Below are positions 19,796 through 30,275 of a DNA stretch of 64,000 bases, in pieces. Each line of letters opens with the position of its first letter. Positions within the stretch are counted from its first letter, which is position 1. This DNA is from a virus. Under the pieces are notes generated by a model. That model was not told where the DNA came from. It made no database searches and saw only the letters and a program-made list of their open reading frames with translations. The translations under genes were made by a program, and so were the position numbers. The stretch covers positions 6,558 through 70,557 of the IMG/VR virus record IMGVR_UViG_3300025168_011805; one strand, 5' to 3'.

Positions 19796-20478
19796 AATCG
19801 ATTGTTGTAATAGGTAAAGGTCCAAGTGTCAGGAGATCATCAAAAGAATTTATAGACTCTTTTGATGAAGTCGCCATATGTAATCATCCGCCTTATAGTG
19901 GACATGAACACTTAATTTCAAACAGAGCAAATTATCATTTTTTGAACGCTGGTGATCCCCACCCATACGAAAGACATATTCTAGATGGCTTAGGAATAAC
20001 TCATATCTTTAATACTTCCCGATGGGAGAAACCTCCTGTCAAAGAGATATGTCCATCACAAGGTGTGGAATATTATCATGACTTTGGTGTCAAGACTATC
20101 GAGGATTTTAAAAAATATGGTTTTGATGAATGGGGTCCTTCTAGTGGCATACAAGCATTTTCTTTGTTTGTTGATAACGAAGAATATAATAAGATAGCTT
20201 TGGTTGGGTTTGACTTTTTTCAGAAAGGTAAAAAAAATTACTATTTCGAAAAAGAAGAAGCGAACCCGAGTCTACACTATCTTTGGAATAATGGCACATA
20301 CTCACCGGATGGAACCGTCATGAAAAGTACACATGGCGGTCCGGAGAAAACTATAGACTACATTTTAAATAAAATGACTAGTCTCCCAGACAAAGAATTT
20401 TTATTGATGACCGATTATGACTTTGAAAATAGCCCCTATGAACTAGGGGATAAGCTACAAAACTTAAAACTACTGTGA
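19792..20478 (+). CDS. GT29-like sialyltransferase
   Basis: Sialylmotif-L-like VVIGKGPS..IDSFDEVAICN; motif-S-like PSSG...LVGFDFF; late His. Confidence 0.65.
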   Translation: MKSIVVIGKGPSVRRSSKEFIDSFDEVAICNHPPYSGHEHLISNRANYHFLNAGDPHPYERHILDGLGITHIFNTSRWEKPPVKEICPSQGVEYYHDFGVKTIEDFKKYGFDEWGPSSGIQAFSLFVDNEEYNKIALVGFDFFQKGKKNYYFEKEEANPSLHYLWNNGTYSPDGTVMKSTHGGPEKTIDYILNKMTSLPDKEFLLMTDYDFENSPYELGDKLQNLKLL

Positions 20479-20484
20479 GGAAAT

Positions 20485-21309
20485 ATGGATTTTACATTTG
20501 GTATAATAACCGCAGCTCAAGAAAATGAGAGCAGTCTTGGTTGGCGAGATAACATGCTTTGTATTTTTGATTCTATACGAAAATTAAAAATACCCAATTA
20601 TGAAATTGTAGTTGTTGGTGGACCGTTCCCAGAAGATGGCAGAAATCACTTACACTTACACAAGAGACCAGATGTTGTTCATGTTCCCTTTGATGATAAT
20701 GTTGTATTAGATATTCTTCAGAAAGAAGGTAATCCTTTTTTAGAATCTAGAACATTGATTGATAAAAATGGACAGAAGCATACAACCAAAATCCCAACCA
20801 AAGACGGAGTTAGAATGCCCGGTGTGTTGTCTGGTTGGATCACCAAGAAGAAGAACTTGATAACACAAAATGCAAAATATGAAAACGTAGTTTTTATGCA
20901 TGACTACCACATGTTTGATCAAGACTGGTATAGTAACTTTTTGAGATTTGGAAACGATTGGGACGTTTGCATGAACAGAATAGAAAATTTCTGGGGTGAA
21001 CGTTTCCGGGACTGGGTTTCTTGGGATCATCCAGAATATGGAACAAGAAAAACAATGCCTTACGAAGATATACATGCAGGCAAATGGGCGTATATTTCAG
21101 GTTCTTATTGGGTTGCAAAGAAAAAGTTTATGGAACAAAATCCTCTAGACGAAGGATTCCTGTGGGGACAAGGTGAAGATTTGGAGTGGTCATTTAGAGT
21201 TAGAGATAAGTGTAACTACGTTGCAAATCCCATGTCAATAGTCCGACACACTCGTCCTAAATACACAGGTGATGAGCATTATGCGCCCTCATTTGCAGGG
21301 AGAAAGTGA
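20485..21309 (+). CDS. GT-A fold glycosyltransferase
   Basis: FTFGII, YEIVVVG, KKN..AKYENVVFMHDY, GEDLEWS. Confidence 0.75.
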   Translation: MDFTFGIITAAQENESSLGWRDNMLCIFDSIRKLKIPNYEIVVVGGPFPEDGRNHLHLHKRPDVVHVPFDDNVVLDILQKEGNPFLESRTLIDKNGQKHTTKIPTKDGVRMPGVLSGWITKKKNLITQNAKYENVVFMHDYHMFDQDWYSNFLRFGNDWDVCMNRIENFWGERFRDWVSWDHPEYGTRKTMPYEDIHAGKWAYISGSYWVAKKKFMEQNPLDEGFLWGQGEDLEWSFRVRDKCNYVANPMSIVRHTRPKYTGDEHYAPSFAGRK

Positions 21310-21315
21310 TTTATT

Positions 21316-21984
21316 ATGAAGAATATTCAACCAGTATTGATTGAAAACATATGGAGTGAGTACTTAGTAGAAACCTATCCTAGTAACTACTTTGATTTCT
21401 TCATAGACATCGGCGCTCGTGGGACAAAACATCCTTGGCATGTTCACAACATTGCAAAAAATAATCCGCAAACTAAAATCATAGCTTTGGAACCTGACCT
21501 TCCTTATTATAACGAGATAGTGAAAAAGAAAGATGAGCTTGGATTGGAAAATCTAACCATTATTCCTTATGGTCTTGGTGCCGGAGAAAGTATACAGATC
21601 CCAGACGGAAAGACGGAAACAATTTCTCTTCCTGATATTTTAGAAAAATATGACTTGGATATCTCTAAAACATGGGCTTTCAAAATTGACTGTGAGGGTT
21701 GCGAAAGACATGTAATGAACGAAGAGTGTGTTGACATACTGAAGCAGTGCGATCATTTCGGTGTAGAGTTTCATGGCACAAACTGTGGTGCTAACTATTT
21801 TACTGACAAGTATGAATTGTTTGACAATATGTCTGAAGCTGAGTCTTGGTTGACTGATAACTTTGACTCATCACATGAGATGTTTGTGACGGATATGGTT
21901 TCTGGTTTAGCTAGTTATGTTGTTGTAAATAGAGAGATTCTTAATTCAGAAAATCGTCCAGAGTTTTGGGACTCTATCACATGA
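21316..21984 (+). CDS. FkbM-family methyltransferase
   Basis: IDIGA, ALEP, KIDCEGCE, VEFH. Confidence 0.8.
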   Translation: MKNIQPVLIENIWSEYLVETYPSNYFDFFIDIGARGTKHPWHVHNIAKNNPQTKIIALEPDLPYYNEIVKKKDELGLENLTIIPYGLGAGESIQIPDGKTETISLPDILEKYDLDISKTWAFKIDCEGCERHVMNEECVDILKQCDHFGVEFHGTNCGANYFTDKYELFDNMSEAESWLTDNFDSSHEMFVTDMVSGLASYVVVNREILNSENRPEFWDSIT

Positions 21985-22754
21985 AAAATAAAGTTGTTGC
22001 GTGTATACCATCCAAAGATTCTGCTTGGATACTAAAACAAACACTTCCTCACCTCAGTAAGTTTTGCTATAAGATTATAGTGAGTGATGACGGAAGTATG
22101 GATAACACACAAGAAGTTTGTTCGGAACATACATCAGTTGAGTATTATAGAAGATCAGAAAGAGATTATGCCGATCGTCAGGGTGGTCTTCAAAGACAAG
22201 AATTATTGGAGAGAGCATACAAGCACGATCCAGATTACTTTTTCTTTTTGGATGCAGACGAAATGCCATCTCCTGATATTATCGATTGGATAAATTCGCT
22301 TGGATCTAGACACGAAGAACAAAATAATCTATGGACGTTTCCTTGGGTTCACCTGTGGACTGATGAAGATCATTATAGAGTAGATTCATATAACGCTGGA
22401 GCTTCTAGGATAGAATGGGATCCATTCAGCACTAAGTATAGAAAAGGTTTTTTTGTTCGAAACATACCTGACTATACTTTAAAGTATGACTCAAATCAAA
22501 ATAGAGTTAGACCATCAAATCAACCAGTCAATGTTCCCGGATCGCCGGTTGATGTAATGAATAATCCAGTTATAATTCACTATGGAAAAATAAGCGAGTA
22601 CTTTACTAGTGAACAAAATTGGAAAGATAGGGCGGAGTGGGATAAGAAACAAAAAAAATCTGATTACAATTCTACGATAAACCATCATAGATCAGCTAAC
22701 TCAGAAAACACATTGAAATTAGAAAGGACAGATCCATCATGGAAGTGGGATTAA
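21981..22754 (+). CDS. GT2-family glycosyltransferase
   Basis: DDGSMDNT, LDADE, IIHYG. Confidence 0.85.
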   Translation: MKNKVVACIPSKDSAWILKQTLPHLSKFCYKIIVSDDGSMDNTQEVCSEHTSVEYYRRSERDYADRQGGLQRQELLERAYKHDPDYFFFLDADEMPSPDIIDWINSLGSRHEEQNNLWTFPWVHLWTDEDHYRVDSYNAGASRIEWDPFSTKYRKGFFVRNIPDYTLKYDSNQNRVRPSNQPVNVPGSPVDVMNNPVIIHYGKISEYFTSEQNWKDRAEWDKKQKKSDYNSTINHHRSANSENTLKLERTDPSWKWD

Positions 22755-23374
22755 AAACAAAAGATGAAATCTTAGATGAGCTAAACGAATATGGTTTTTC
22801 TATTATAGAAAATTACTGGGACAGAGAAACTTGCGAGTCAGCTATTGACGAACTAAATTCTCTACCTCCACACTTATTTGAAACTGGACAGGGCGGAGAT
22901 CTTAGGTGTTCCAGATCTAATGATCATTCCCCGACTGCATCTTCATTTAAGGAAGATACATTTATAATGGAAATCGCTGATAACTACAGCTCTTGTAACG
23001 ATCCAGACAGAACAGTCGCGGGTATTGTGAAATTTGATACAAAGAAAAAGGTAGACTCTGGTGGTGGTTGGCATGTAGACAGTGAAGACGATCAGCAGTT
23101 CAAGAGTTTCATGTATCTTACTGATGTGGGTTCTGATAATGGACCTTTCACTATCGCTCAAAAGTCGAGGGATATTGTCAAGGGTCTTCCTAAATTTTCC
23201 AATCTAAGAATATCAGAAGAGATAGTAAAAGAAAATATTTCTGATGATGATATTATAGAAATAACAGGTGAAGCAGGAACTTGTATTTTAGTAGACTCCA
23301 CATATCTTCATCGGGGAAAAGAAATTGAAAGTGGCAATCGATATACTCTTACAACATATTTTTATGACAGGTGA
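22739..23374 (+). CDS. 2OG-Fe(II) dioxygenase (PhyH-like)
   Basis: GWHVD, YLTDV...GPF, G.AGT...D...HRG, R. Confidence 0.85.
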   Translation: MEVGLKTKDEILDELNEYGFSIIENYWDRETCESAIDELNSLPPHLFETGQGGDLRCSRSNDHSPTASSFKEDTFIMEIADNYSSCNDPDRTVAGIVKFDTKKKVDSGGGWHVDSEDDQQFKSFMYLTDVGSDNGPFTIAQKSRDIVKGLPKFSNLRISEEIVKENISDDDIIEITGEAGTCILVDSTYLHRGKEIESGNRYTLTTYFYDR

Positions 23375-23377
23375 TTT

Positions 23378-24214
23378 ATGCTATCGATAGACGTACAAAC
23401 TAGAGGAAGATTTGGTAATAAAATTTTCCACTTTAACAATCTGATGCAGTTGTCTAACTTACTAAATCAGTCTCCTTCTTGTGACAACTGGGATGGTTAT
23501 GGTCACTTGAAAAAGATTTGTCCTACAACTAAGACTGGTTTTACAAGTAATTATTCTGAAATTCCTTTTGATGATTTGTGTGATTTATCGACAGATAGAT
23601 TAAGAGAAAAATATTCTAAGGGTGATTGGAAACTTCACACATTGTCTCTACACGGCCCTTTTCACAGACTAACTGCCGTGGATCCTCGTCACTTTTTTAT
23701 ATTCAATCAAGAAAATAATATAGATCCCAGAGTTTTTGCTGTTGGTATCCATATACGAGGTGGAGATACCAGAGGCGCTGATGGAATGAATGGTAGGGAG
23801 ATTCATGGACCAGAATATTATATACAGGCTATAGAGTTTATTTTGTCCGAATATAAGGATAAGAATATTGTATTTTTTGTATGCACTGATGATCCGGATG
23901 AAAACTATCCAAGCTATCAAAAGACAATGGACTATCTTAAATACAATAACTTACATGTATACCATAAAGCAGCTTCACACATCGAAGATTTTTGTATTCT
24001 TTCTGAGTGTGATGTTTTAATTTCTGGATCTAGTACCTTTGTTCTAGCTGCCGGTTTTGTCGGTAAACATAAAAAGATTATTCATAGTGAAAAATTTGTC
24101 AACCAATTCAAAGACTCAGAGGAAAAGTGGTATTCAAGTTTTAGGAATGGATTGTTCTTCAAAGATCTTCTAAATCAACCCAATCAATATTATCCAATTT
24201 TGAAATTGATATGA
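23378..24214 (+). CDS. Second GT11-like fucosyltransferase
   Basis: GRFGN, HIRGGD, YY..AI, TDD, DF..LSECD...GSSTF. Confidence 0.8.
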   Translation: MLSIDVQTRGRFGNKIFHFNNLMQLSNLLNQSPSCDNWDGYGHLKKICPTTKTGFTSNYSEIPFDDLCDLSTDRLREKYSKGDWKLHTLSLHGPFHRLTAVDPRHFFIFNQENNIDPRVFAVGIHIRGGDTRGADGMNGREIHGPEYYIQAIEFILSEYKDKNIVFFVCTDDPDENYPSYQKTMDYLKYNNLHVYHKAASHIEDFCILSECDVLISGSSTFVLAAGFVGKHKKIIHSEKFVNQFKDSEEKWYSSFRNGLFFKDLLNQPNQYYPILKLI

Positions 24215-25215
24215 AAGAATTAGTTTTTAAAAACAAAAAAACTTGTTTCTCTTTATCTTCTCCCGAAGATTCTGTTAAGCATCACGTTGGTGAATACTTT
24301 CAGGTAGTGGAACATTGGACAAACCAATACTCTTTGTATTACAAGGGAGTGGAGAATAATAAAGATGTTGTCAAACTAGCGATGGCAGGAGCTGACTTTG
24401 AATTTGTCTCGCCTGGTGTTGCGGATGCTCCTAAAGTTGTTGTGACAGATTGTCCGGGTGGATCATTTTCTATCATCAAAAAAGATGATTGTCTCTACAT
24501 GTTGTGTGGTAGTAATATATCAACAGGAGAAGATAGGGATGCCGATATTCCAGATTTGGTTTGGAATGAAACCAAAAAAAGAAGTTATCCAGATCATCAC
24601 AGAAAAGATAGAAAAAATGGTTTGTATTTACTTAAGTCTAAGAATGGAATGAACTGGGAAGAGGTTCATTCACTGCCAGTCCTTCATTGTTTTCTGCATG
24701 GTAATGGTGTTCCTTTTGGTTCAGTTGGTTATGATACAAGACCCAGCACAATCAAGATAAGCGATCAGTACTTTTTTTATTCCAGACTAAATCCATCTTT
24801 AGATGAAAGAGCAGTTTTCTTTACAACTTCTACTGATTTATTTGGTTGGAGTTCTCCGACTCGGATACATATTACAAATGAACCAGTAGTAGATGGAAAG
24901 AATAATTATTATAATTTAGTCGTATTTCCTTTTGGGGATAAAATTTGTGCTTTTGCGCCTTACTTTGAGGCATGTGGAACCGAACAAAGACAAACTAAAA
25001 ACGGAAAGACTTTATTTCTTGTATCTGATAATGGTTTCGATTGGGAAATTAAAGGATATGCTTTCCCCCATAACGGGAGGTATGACAAAAGGGTGAACTC
25101 AGTGATAGAAAAAGATGACAAATTTTTAGTGTTTTTTAGAGAAAACTTGTTAGAATGTGGTAGTTCAATTTCGTCTTATGAATTAGAGAAAGAAGACATC
25201 AGGGAGATTCTATAA
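24211..25215 (+). CDS. Putative beta-propeller glycoside hydrolase/sialidase-like protein
   Basis: Three Asp-box-like repeats: SKNGMNW, STDLFGW, SDNGFDW. Confidence 0.5.
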   Translation: MKELVFKNKKTCFSLSSPEDSVKHHVGEYFQVVEHWTNQYSLYYKGVENNKDVVKLAMAGADFEFVSPGVADAPKVVVTDCPGGSFSIIKKDDCLYMLCGSNISTGEDRDADIPDLVWNETKKRSYPDHHRKDRKNGLYLLKSKNGMNWEEVHSLPVLHCFLHGNGVPFGSVGYDTRPSTIKISDQYFFYSRLNPSLDERAVFFTTSTDLFGWSSPTRIHITNEPVVDGKNNYYNLVVFPFGDKICAFAPYFEACGTEQRQTKNGKTLFLVSDNGFDWEIKGYAFPHNGRYDKRVNSVIEKDDKFLVFFRENLLECGSSISSYELEKEDIREIL

Positions 25216-25925
25216 TGAAAATTGTAAAGTACGATACTAAAAAGTATCCATTCAGAGATTTAGTTTCTAGTCTATACGAAAAAGATCTTTCTCTCTTGGA
25301 CAACGACGATACTAAAGATAATCTAACTCTTGGTAATGATACCAAGACACAATTCCACAGAACATTCTATGATAGATTAGATGTAGAGGGTGGATGGCCG
25401 GAGTTTGAGAAAACATACGAATCATTTCTTCGTGAAGTTATCCATCCCATGTTCGAGGATGATGAATTAATCTACCAGAAATATCCGGGTATTCGTTTTT
25501 GTAGACCTGGTGCGAAGGCTGTTTATAAATGGCATTCTGATGGTGATAAAGATCATAAACATCCCCTTGGTGAGGTAAACATATTTTTACCTATGACTAA
25601 GTGTTTTGGAAACAATGCAATGTGGAATGAAAGTATTCCGGGTATGGGTGACTGGAAACCTCTGGAGCTTGGGTATGGTGAGTTTCTTATTGGATATCTA
25701 AATCAGTGTAGACATGGAAATAAAACCAATGACACAGATCACACTAGAGTCAGTTTTGATTTCAGAGTTGTTCCGGGGTTTGCTTATGATGAAGATTGTC
25801 CATTACAAAGTTGCACAACTAAGCAGAGATTTTTAATCGGTGGGTATTACAACAAGATGAACAGAAAAGATACCCCTTCGATGTATGATCCTATTGAAAA
25901 TGCAAAACTTGGAGCAGCATGTTAG
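25215..25925 (+). CDS. StrG-like 2OG-Fe(II) oxygenase
   Basis: YQKYPGIRF, HSD, HP.GEVN..LP.T, HGN..N....RVSFDFRV. Confidence 0.7.
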   Translation: MKIVKYDTKKYPFRDLVSSLYEKDLSLLDNDDTKDNLTLGNDTKTQFHRTFYDRLDVEGGWPEFEKTYESFLREVIHPMFEDDELIYQKYPGIRFCRPGAKAVYKWHSDGDKDHKHPLGEVNIFLPMTKCFGNNAMWNESIPGMGDWKPLELGYGEFLIGYLNQCRHGNKTNDTDHTRVSFDFRVVPGFAYDEDCPLQSCTTKQRFLIGGYYNKMNRKDTPSMYDPIENAKLGAAC

Positions 25926-26593
25926 TAGATCCACTTAAATATGATGAACAACTTTTAGATTTTGTTATGAAAAAATATAACTGCTCGGATCCTTGGGGTG
26001 TGGTAGATGTATTTGAAAAAACAATTGCAGAGTATGCTGGAAGCAAATATGCCGTCGCGGTAGACAGTTGTACCGACGCAATGTTTTTGTGTTTGAAATA
26101 TCTTAAAGCAGATGGTGAAGTTACACTACCACGAAGAACATATGTTTCTGTTCCATGCACTGTTATACATGCCGGATGTACAGTCAAGTTTGATGAAATT
26201 GAATGGAGTGGTGCATATCCACTAAAACCATATCCAGTTTATGATTCAGCCACCAGAATGACAAAGGACATGTACGTTCCCGGATCTTATTATTGCCTTT
26301 CCTTTCATCGCAGAAAGCATGTACCCATAGGGAAAGGTGGAATGATTCTGACTGACGACAAGGAAGCTTATGAGTGGTTAAAGGTAGTTCGTTATGAAGG
26401 AAGACACATGGATCGTTTATATAAAGATGATTCATTTGATACAATCGGTTGGAATATGTATATGCCCCCAGAGCAAGCTGCAAGGGGTTTGGTTCTCTTT
26501 GATAATATAAATGAAGTGAATGTAGATCTTGAGTCTTCTGGAATCCACAAGGATTTATCTGCCTATAAACTATATGAGGAATCTAACAGATGA
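25919..26593 (+). CDS. Short DegT/DnrJ/StrS-family sugar aminotransferase
   Basis: FE..IAEY.G.KYAVAVDSCT, DSA, SF...K....GGMILTDD. Confidence 0.85.
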   Translation: MLVDPLKYDEQLLDFVMKKYNCSDPWGVVDVFEKTIAEYAGSKYAVAVDSCTDAMFLCLKYLKADGEVTLPRRTYVSVPCTVIHAGCTVKFDEIEWSGAYPLKPYPVYDSATRMTKDMYVPGSYYCLSFHRRKHVPIGKGGMILTDDKEAYEWLKVVRYEGRHMDRLYKDDSFDTIGWNMYMPPEQAARGLVLFDNINEVNVDLESSGIHKDLSAYKLYEESNR

Positions 26594-27450
26594 AAAATAA
26601 AACTATTGGTGTTATCGGAAATGGATTTGTTGGCGGCGCTGTTGCTAATGGATTTAAAAATTACAACCCAGTTAGAGTTTATGACAAGACGCTTTCTAGA
26701 CGAACACATACAATTGATGAAACTATGAGTTCTGATTTTATTTTTGTTTGTCTGCCAACTCCGATGAAAGATGAAAACGGCGGTGATGTGGATCTAAAGT
26801 ATATCATTGATTTCTTTAAGAACACTGTAATAAAGATGAGAGCTTTCGATCCAATCTATATCATCAAGTCAACAGTCCCTGTTGGAACAACTGAGTCAAT
26901 CAGAAAGATACATGACGATATTAAAGTAGTTCATAATCCTGAGTTCTTAACAGCAGCAAATGCTGATGAAGACTTCCTTAACGCAGAACGAACTGTGGTG
27001 GGTGGAGAAACAGAACCTGCATCGGAAGTTGCAAAACTTTACATGACACATTGGCCAAAAACTCCAGTCATTGTAGTCTCGTCTGACGCATCTGAGATGA
27101 TCAAGTATACGGCTAATAGTTTTCTTGCACTTAAGGTATCTTACTTTAATATGATTTATGATTACTGTATGGCTAAGAATATTAACTTTGCGGATGTTTT
27201 AAGTGGAGTTTACACCGACTCCCGAATCGGAGAATCCCACACACATGTTCCAGGTCCTGATGGTGATAGAGGATATGGTGGAACTTGTTTTCCCAAAGAT
27301 ATAAATGCAATGAGAGAAATGTTCTTGGAACAAGGACTAAATCATGATATACTGACTGCATCATGGATCTATAACAAGTCAGTCAGAGAGAATTGGGATT
27401 GGGCTACTAATCCAGCTTCTGTAAGTAAGAACTCATATGATAAGGAATGA
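26590..27450 (+). CDS. ugd: UDP-glucose/UDP-hexose 6-dehydrogenase (short form)
   Basis: GNGFVG, CLPTP, KSTVPVGT, NPEFL, GYGGTCFPKD. Confidence 0.9.
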   Translation: MKNKTIGVIGNGFVGGAVANGFKNYNPVRVYDKTLSRRTHTIDETMSSDFIFVCLPTPMKDENGGDVDLKYIIDFFKNTVIKMRAFDPIYIIKSTVPVGTTESIRKIHDDIKVVHNPEFLTAANADEDFLNAERTVVGGETEPASEVAKLYMTHWPKTPVIVVSSDASEMIKYTANSFLALKVSYFNMIYDYCMAKNINFADVLSGVYTDSRIGESHTHVPGPDGDRGYGGTCFPKDINAMREMFLEQGLNHDILTASWIYNKSVRENWDWATNPASVSKNSYDKE

Positions 27451-28271
27451 TAATGAAAACTAATATTATAGGTGAGATTGGTATAAACCATAACGGGGAT
27501 GTTGAAATTGCAAAGCAATTGATTGACGTTGCTTGTGTTTCTGGTTGTGATTATGTCAAGTTTCAAAAAAGAAATCCAGATGTATGTGTTCCAGAAGATC
27601 AAAAAAATAAACCCAAGAGCACACCTTGGGGTGATATGACATACTTAGAGTATAAGTATAAAACTGAATTTGGTGAGGATGAGTATAAAGAGATTGATTC
27701 TTATTGTAAACAGAAGGGCATACAGTGGTTTGCTTCTGTTTGGGACAAAGACTCTGTTGACTTCATGAGTAAGTTTTCTAACACAATGAAGATTCCATCT
27801 GCCCTAATAACAGATTTAGATCTTGTTAAGTATACCAGAGAACATTGTGAAACTCTTTTGGTTTCTACTGGGATGAGTGATGAGGAAGAAGTTGAGGCTG
27901 TTGTTGAGATTGGTAAACCAGATATAATTTTCCATACACATTCGGCATACCCATCGCCAACTAACGAGCTTAATCTAAACTACATCAAATGGCTTTCTAA
28001 TAAATACCCAGCAAAACAAATTGGTTACAGTGGACATGAGTATGGTTTAGTAACAACTTTTGCTGCTGTCGCAATGGGTGCAACTTGGGTAGAGAGACAT
28101 ATTACACTAGATCGAACAATGTGGGGTTCTGATCATTTGGCTTCAGTTGAACCAATTGGTCTGATGAAACTGGTAAAAGGTATCCGAGATATAGATTCTG
28201 CTATTGGTGTTCCGACTGCTCGGAGAGTACATCCTTCTGAATTAGACAAAAGAAAAAGTCTTAGGAAATGA
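27447..28271 (+). CDS. neuB: NeuB-family nonulosonic acid synthase lacking the C-terminal AFL domain
   Basis: EIGINHNGD, VKFQKR, KIPS, STGM, GYSGHE, ERHITLD..MWGSD. Confidence 0.93.
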   Translation: MIMKTNIIGEIGINHNGDVEIAKQLIDVACVSGCDYVKFQKRNPDVCVPEDQKNKPKSTPWGDMTYLEYKYKTEFGEDEYKEIDSYCKQKGIQWFASVWDKDSVDFMSKFSNTMKIPSALITDLDLVKYTREHCETLLVSTGMSDEEEVEAVVEIGKPDIIFHTHSAYPSPTNELNLNYIKWLSNKYPAKQIGYSGHEYGLVTTFAAVAMGATWVERHITLDRTMWGSDHLASVEPIGLMKLVKGIRDIDSAIGVPTARRVHPSELDKRKSLRK

Positions 28272-28921
28272 ATGATAAAACTGTTGCTGTGATTTTGGCT
28301 AGGGGTGGAAGTAAAGGCATCCCTAATAAAAATATAATGACAATAAAGAATAGACCTTTACTGTTCTATACAATTCAAACCGCAATAAGGTCTGGTGTTG
28401 ATGAGGTATGGGTTAGCACAGATTGTTCTAATATAAAATGGGTTGCTGAACAATCAGGAGCTAGAGTTTTAGATAGACCTGAAAAATATGCAAAAGATGT
28501 TTCTTCTAGTGAAGAAGCTTTATTGCACTTTGCAGAGAATGTTGACTTTGATGTTTTGGTTTTTATACAACCCACATCACCTCTCCTAAAATCTACTGAT
28601 CTATCGGCTGCTTTGGAGTTGATGGATACGAATGATTATGATTCTATATTTTCAGTTTACAGAGAACACTGGGTTCCAAGGTGGAGTTTAGATAACAAAC
28701 CAATTCTATGGGATACAGACAGAAGACCAAGAAGACAAGACATGACTGATATGTTTGTCGAGAATGGGGCCTTTTATATAACAAAGAGAGATGATTTGTT
28801 GAAGAGTGGTCTTAGATATAGTGGAAAAATTGGGACGTATGAAATGCCCCAATCAAGAAGTTTTCAGATTGATACGATGGATGATGTTTACATAATAGAG
28901 AAACTTTTAGGAGATTGTTAA
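28268..28921 (+). CDS. neuA: CMP-nonulosonate synthetase (acylneuraminate cytidylyltransferase)
   Basis: ILARGGSKGIPNKN, QPTSPL, RRQD, ENGAFY, IDT.DD. Confidence 0.95.
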   Translation: MNDKTVAVILARGGSKGIPNKNIMTIKNRPLLFYTIQTAIRSGVDEVWVSTDCSNIKWVAEQSGARVLDRPEKYAKDVSSSEEALLHFAENVDFDVLVFIQPTSPLLKSTDLSAALELMDTNDYDSIFSVYREHWVPRWSLDNKPILWDTDRRPRRQDMTDMFVENGAFYITKRDDLLKSGLRYSGKIGTYEMPQSRSFQIDTMDDVYIIEKLLGDC

Positions 28922-29887
28922 ATGATTGATGTTATTATTCCCTCCCATGAAAAAGATAAAGAAACTATAGATCTCTGTATACAGGGAGTAAAAGAAAATA
29001 TTCAGGATGTACGAAGAATAATTGTAGTTTCAAAGAATAAAATGACTGATAATGCTGAATGGATTTCCGAAGAAACTTTTCCTTTCACAATAAAGGATGT
29101 CGGTAACACCATAGGTTTTCATAGAAAAACTTTCAACTATTTTGGTGGACTGATTCAAACAACGTCTGCACTGGTTATTCCTGACTTGTGTGACAATGTT
29201 TTAGTTTTGGATTCAGATACAATTTTCTTAACACCAAAACAATTTGTTGATGAGGACAATAAAGTTTCTTTTGATGTTAGCTATGATGTTGCCGCCGGTG
29301 TTAGTGATCACCCTTACTACGAACACATGGAAAAACTTATACCGGGACTGAAAAAACAAACAAATTACTCTGGTATCGTACACCACATGTTGATTCAAAA
29401 AGATATACTGCGGGACATGTTCAATAGAGTAGAAGAATATCATAAGAAACCATTTTGGCAAGCCAACTTAGATGTAACACTGGAAGACTATAGGACTTGG
29501 CCAAATAAAGGTTCACATGCCGATGCACCTCTTCTCCTAACCACATATGAGTTATACTTTAATTATGCTCTTAAATATTTCCCAGAGAGAGTAAAGATAG
29601 AACCAAGAAATAGTATACTTGCATATAAAGGAAGAATGGGAGTTGACGGCGAGAATATAGAACGAGTGGGATCAAGAACAAATCTCAAGGGTAATGTAAA
29701 AATCCTCTCTGTACAAGAAGAGAGTCAATTTAAATTTGATTCGTTTGGTGACTCGTGTAATTATATTTCTAAAAGGTGTAAGGAACGTGGGTATGATACA
29801 GTTACATTCCAAAATCATACCAGAATAGGTAGTTCCAATCACAAAGATAGGTGTGAGGCAGAAATTCATGAGATATCACAATCTTAG
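28922..29887 (+). CDS. GT-A fold putative glycosyltransferase
   Basis: IDVIIPSHEKD, LDSDTIFL, IVHHM, YELYFNY. Confidence 0.7.
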   Translation: MIDVIIPSHEKDKETIDLCIQGVKENIQDVRRIIVVSKNKMTDNAEWISEETFPFTIKDVGNTIGFHRKTFNYFGGLIQTTSALVIPDLCDNVLVLDSDTIFLTPKQFVDEDNKVSFDVSYDVAAGVSDHPYYEHMEKLIPGLKKQTNYSGIVHHMLIQKDILRDMFNRVEEYHKKPFWQANLDVTLEDYRTWPNKGSHADAPLLLTTYELYFNYALKYFPERVKIEPRNSILAYKGRMGVDGENIERVGSRTNLKGNVKILSVQEESQFKFDSFGDSCNYISKRCKERGYDTVTFQNHTRIGSSNHKDRCEAEIHEISQS

Positions 29888-30275
29888 TTCATCCGAAAAA
29901 AGTAAAAGTCTTTTAACAGATTTCTTAAACGACTCTGGAGATTCATTATCTAATTTTAGATATTATGAAACCAGAAGTTTAGACGTTGTTAAAAATCATG
30001 TCATGTCCTTTCTATTGTATGATTGCAATATATGTGTTGGGTATGGTCATCTAGATAGAGAAGAAGATAATATCTGGTTAGGTATTTGTGTGAAAGAAAA
30101 TTATATTGGTATGGGGTATGGTAATATTATCATGAATCAATTGACAAATTCCCATGTCGGTAGTATTCTATTAAGTGTAGATAAGGTAAACAAATCTGCT
30201 ATTAATTTATACAAAAAATATAATTTTGTGGTAAAATCTGAGACAGAAGATACTTATATTATGGAAAGAAAATGA
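29868..30275 (+). CDS. GNAT N-acetyltransferase
   Basis: LGICV...Y.G.GYG motif A; N.SAI.LYKK.NF motif B. Confidence 0.88.
   Translation: MRYHNLSSSEKSKSLLTDFLNDSGDSLSNFRYYETRSLDVVKNHVMSFLLYDCNICVGYGHLDREEDNIWLGICVKENYIGMGYGNIIMNQLTNSHVGSILLSVDKVNKSAINLYKKYNFVVKSETEDTYIMERK

Noticed and set aside
20833-20844. GGTTGGATCACC, another 16S-3'-like string
   Set aside because: Lies inside a glycosyltransferase CDS (encodes GWIT) with no structure around it; likely chance.
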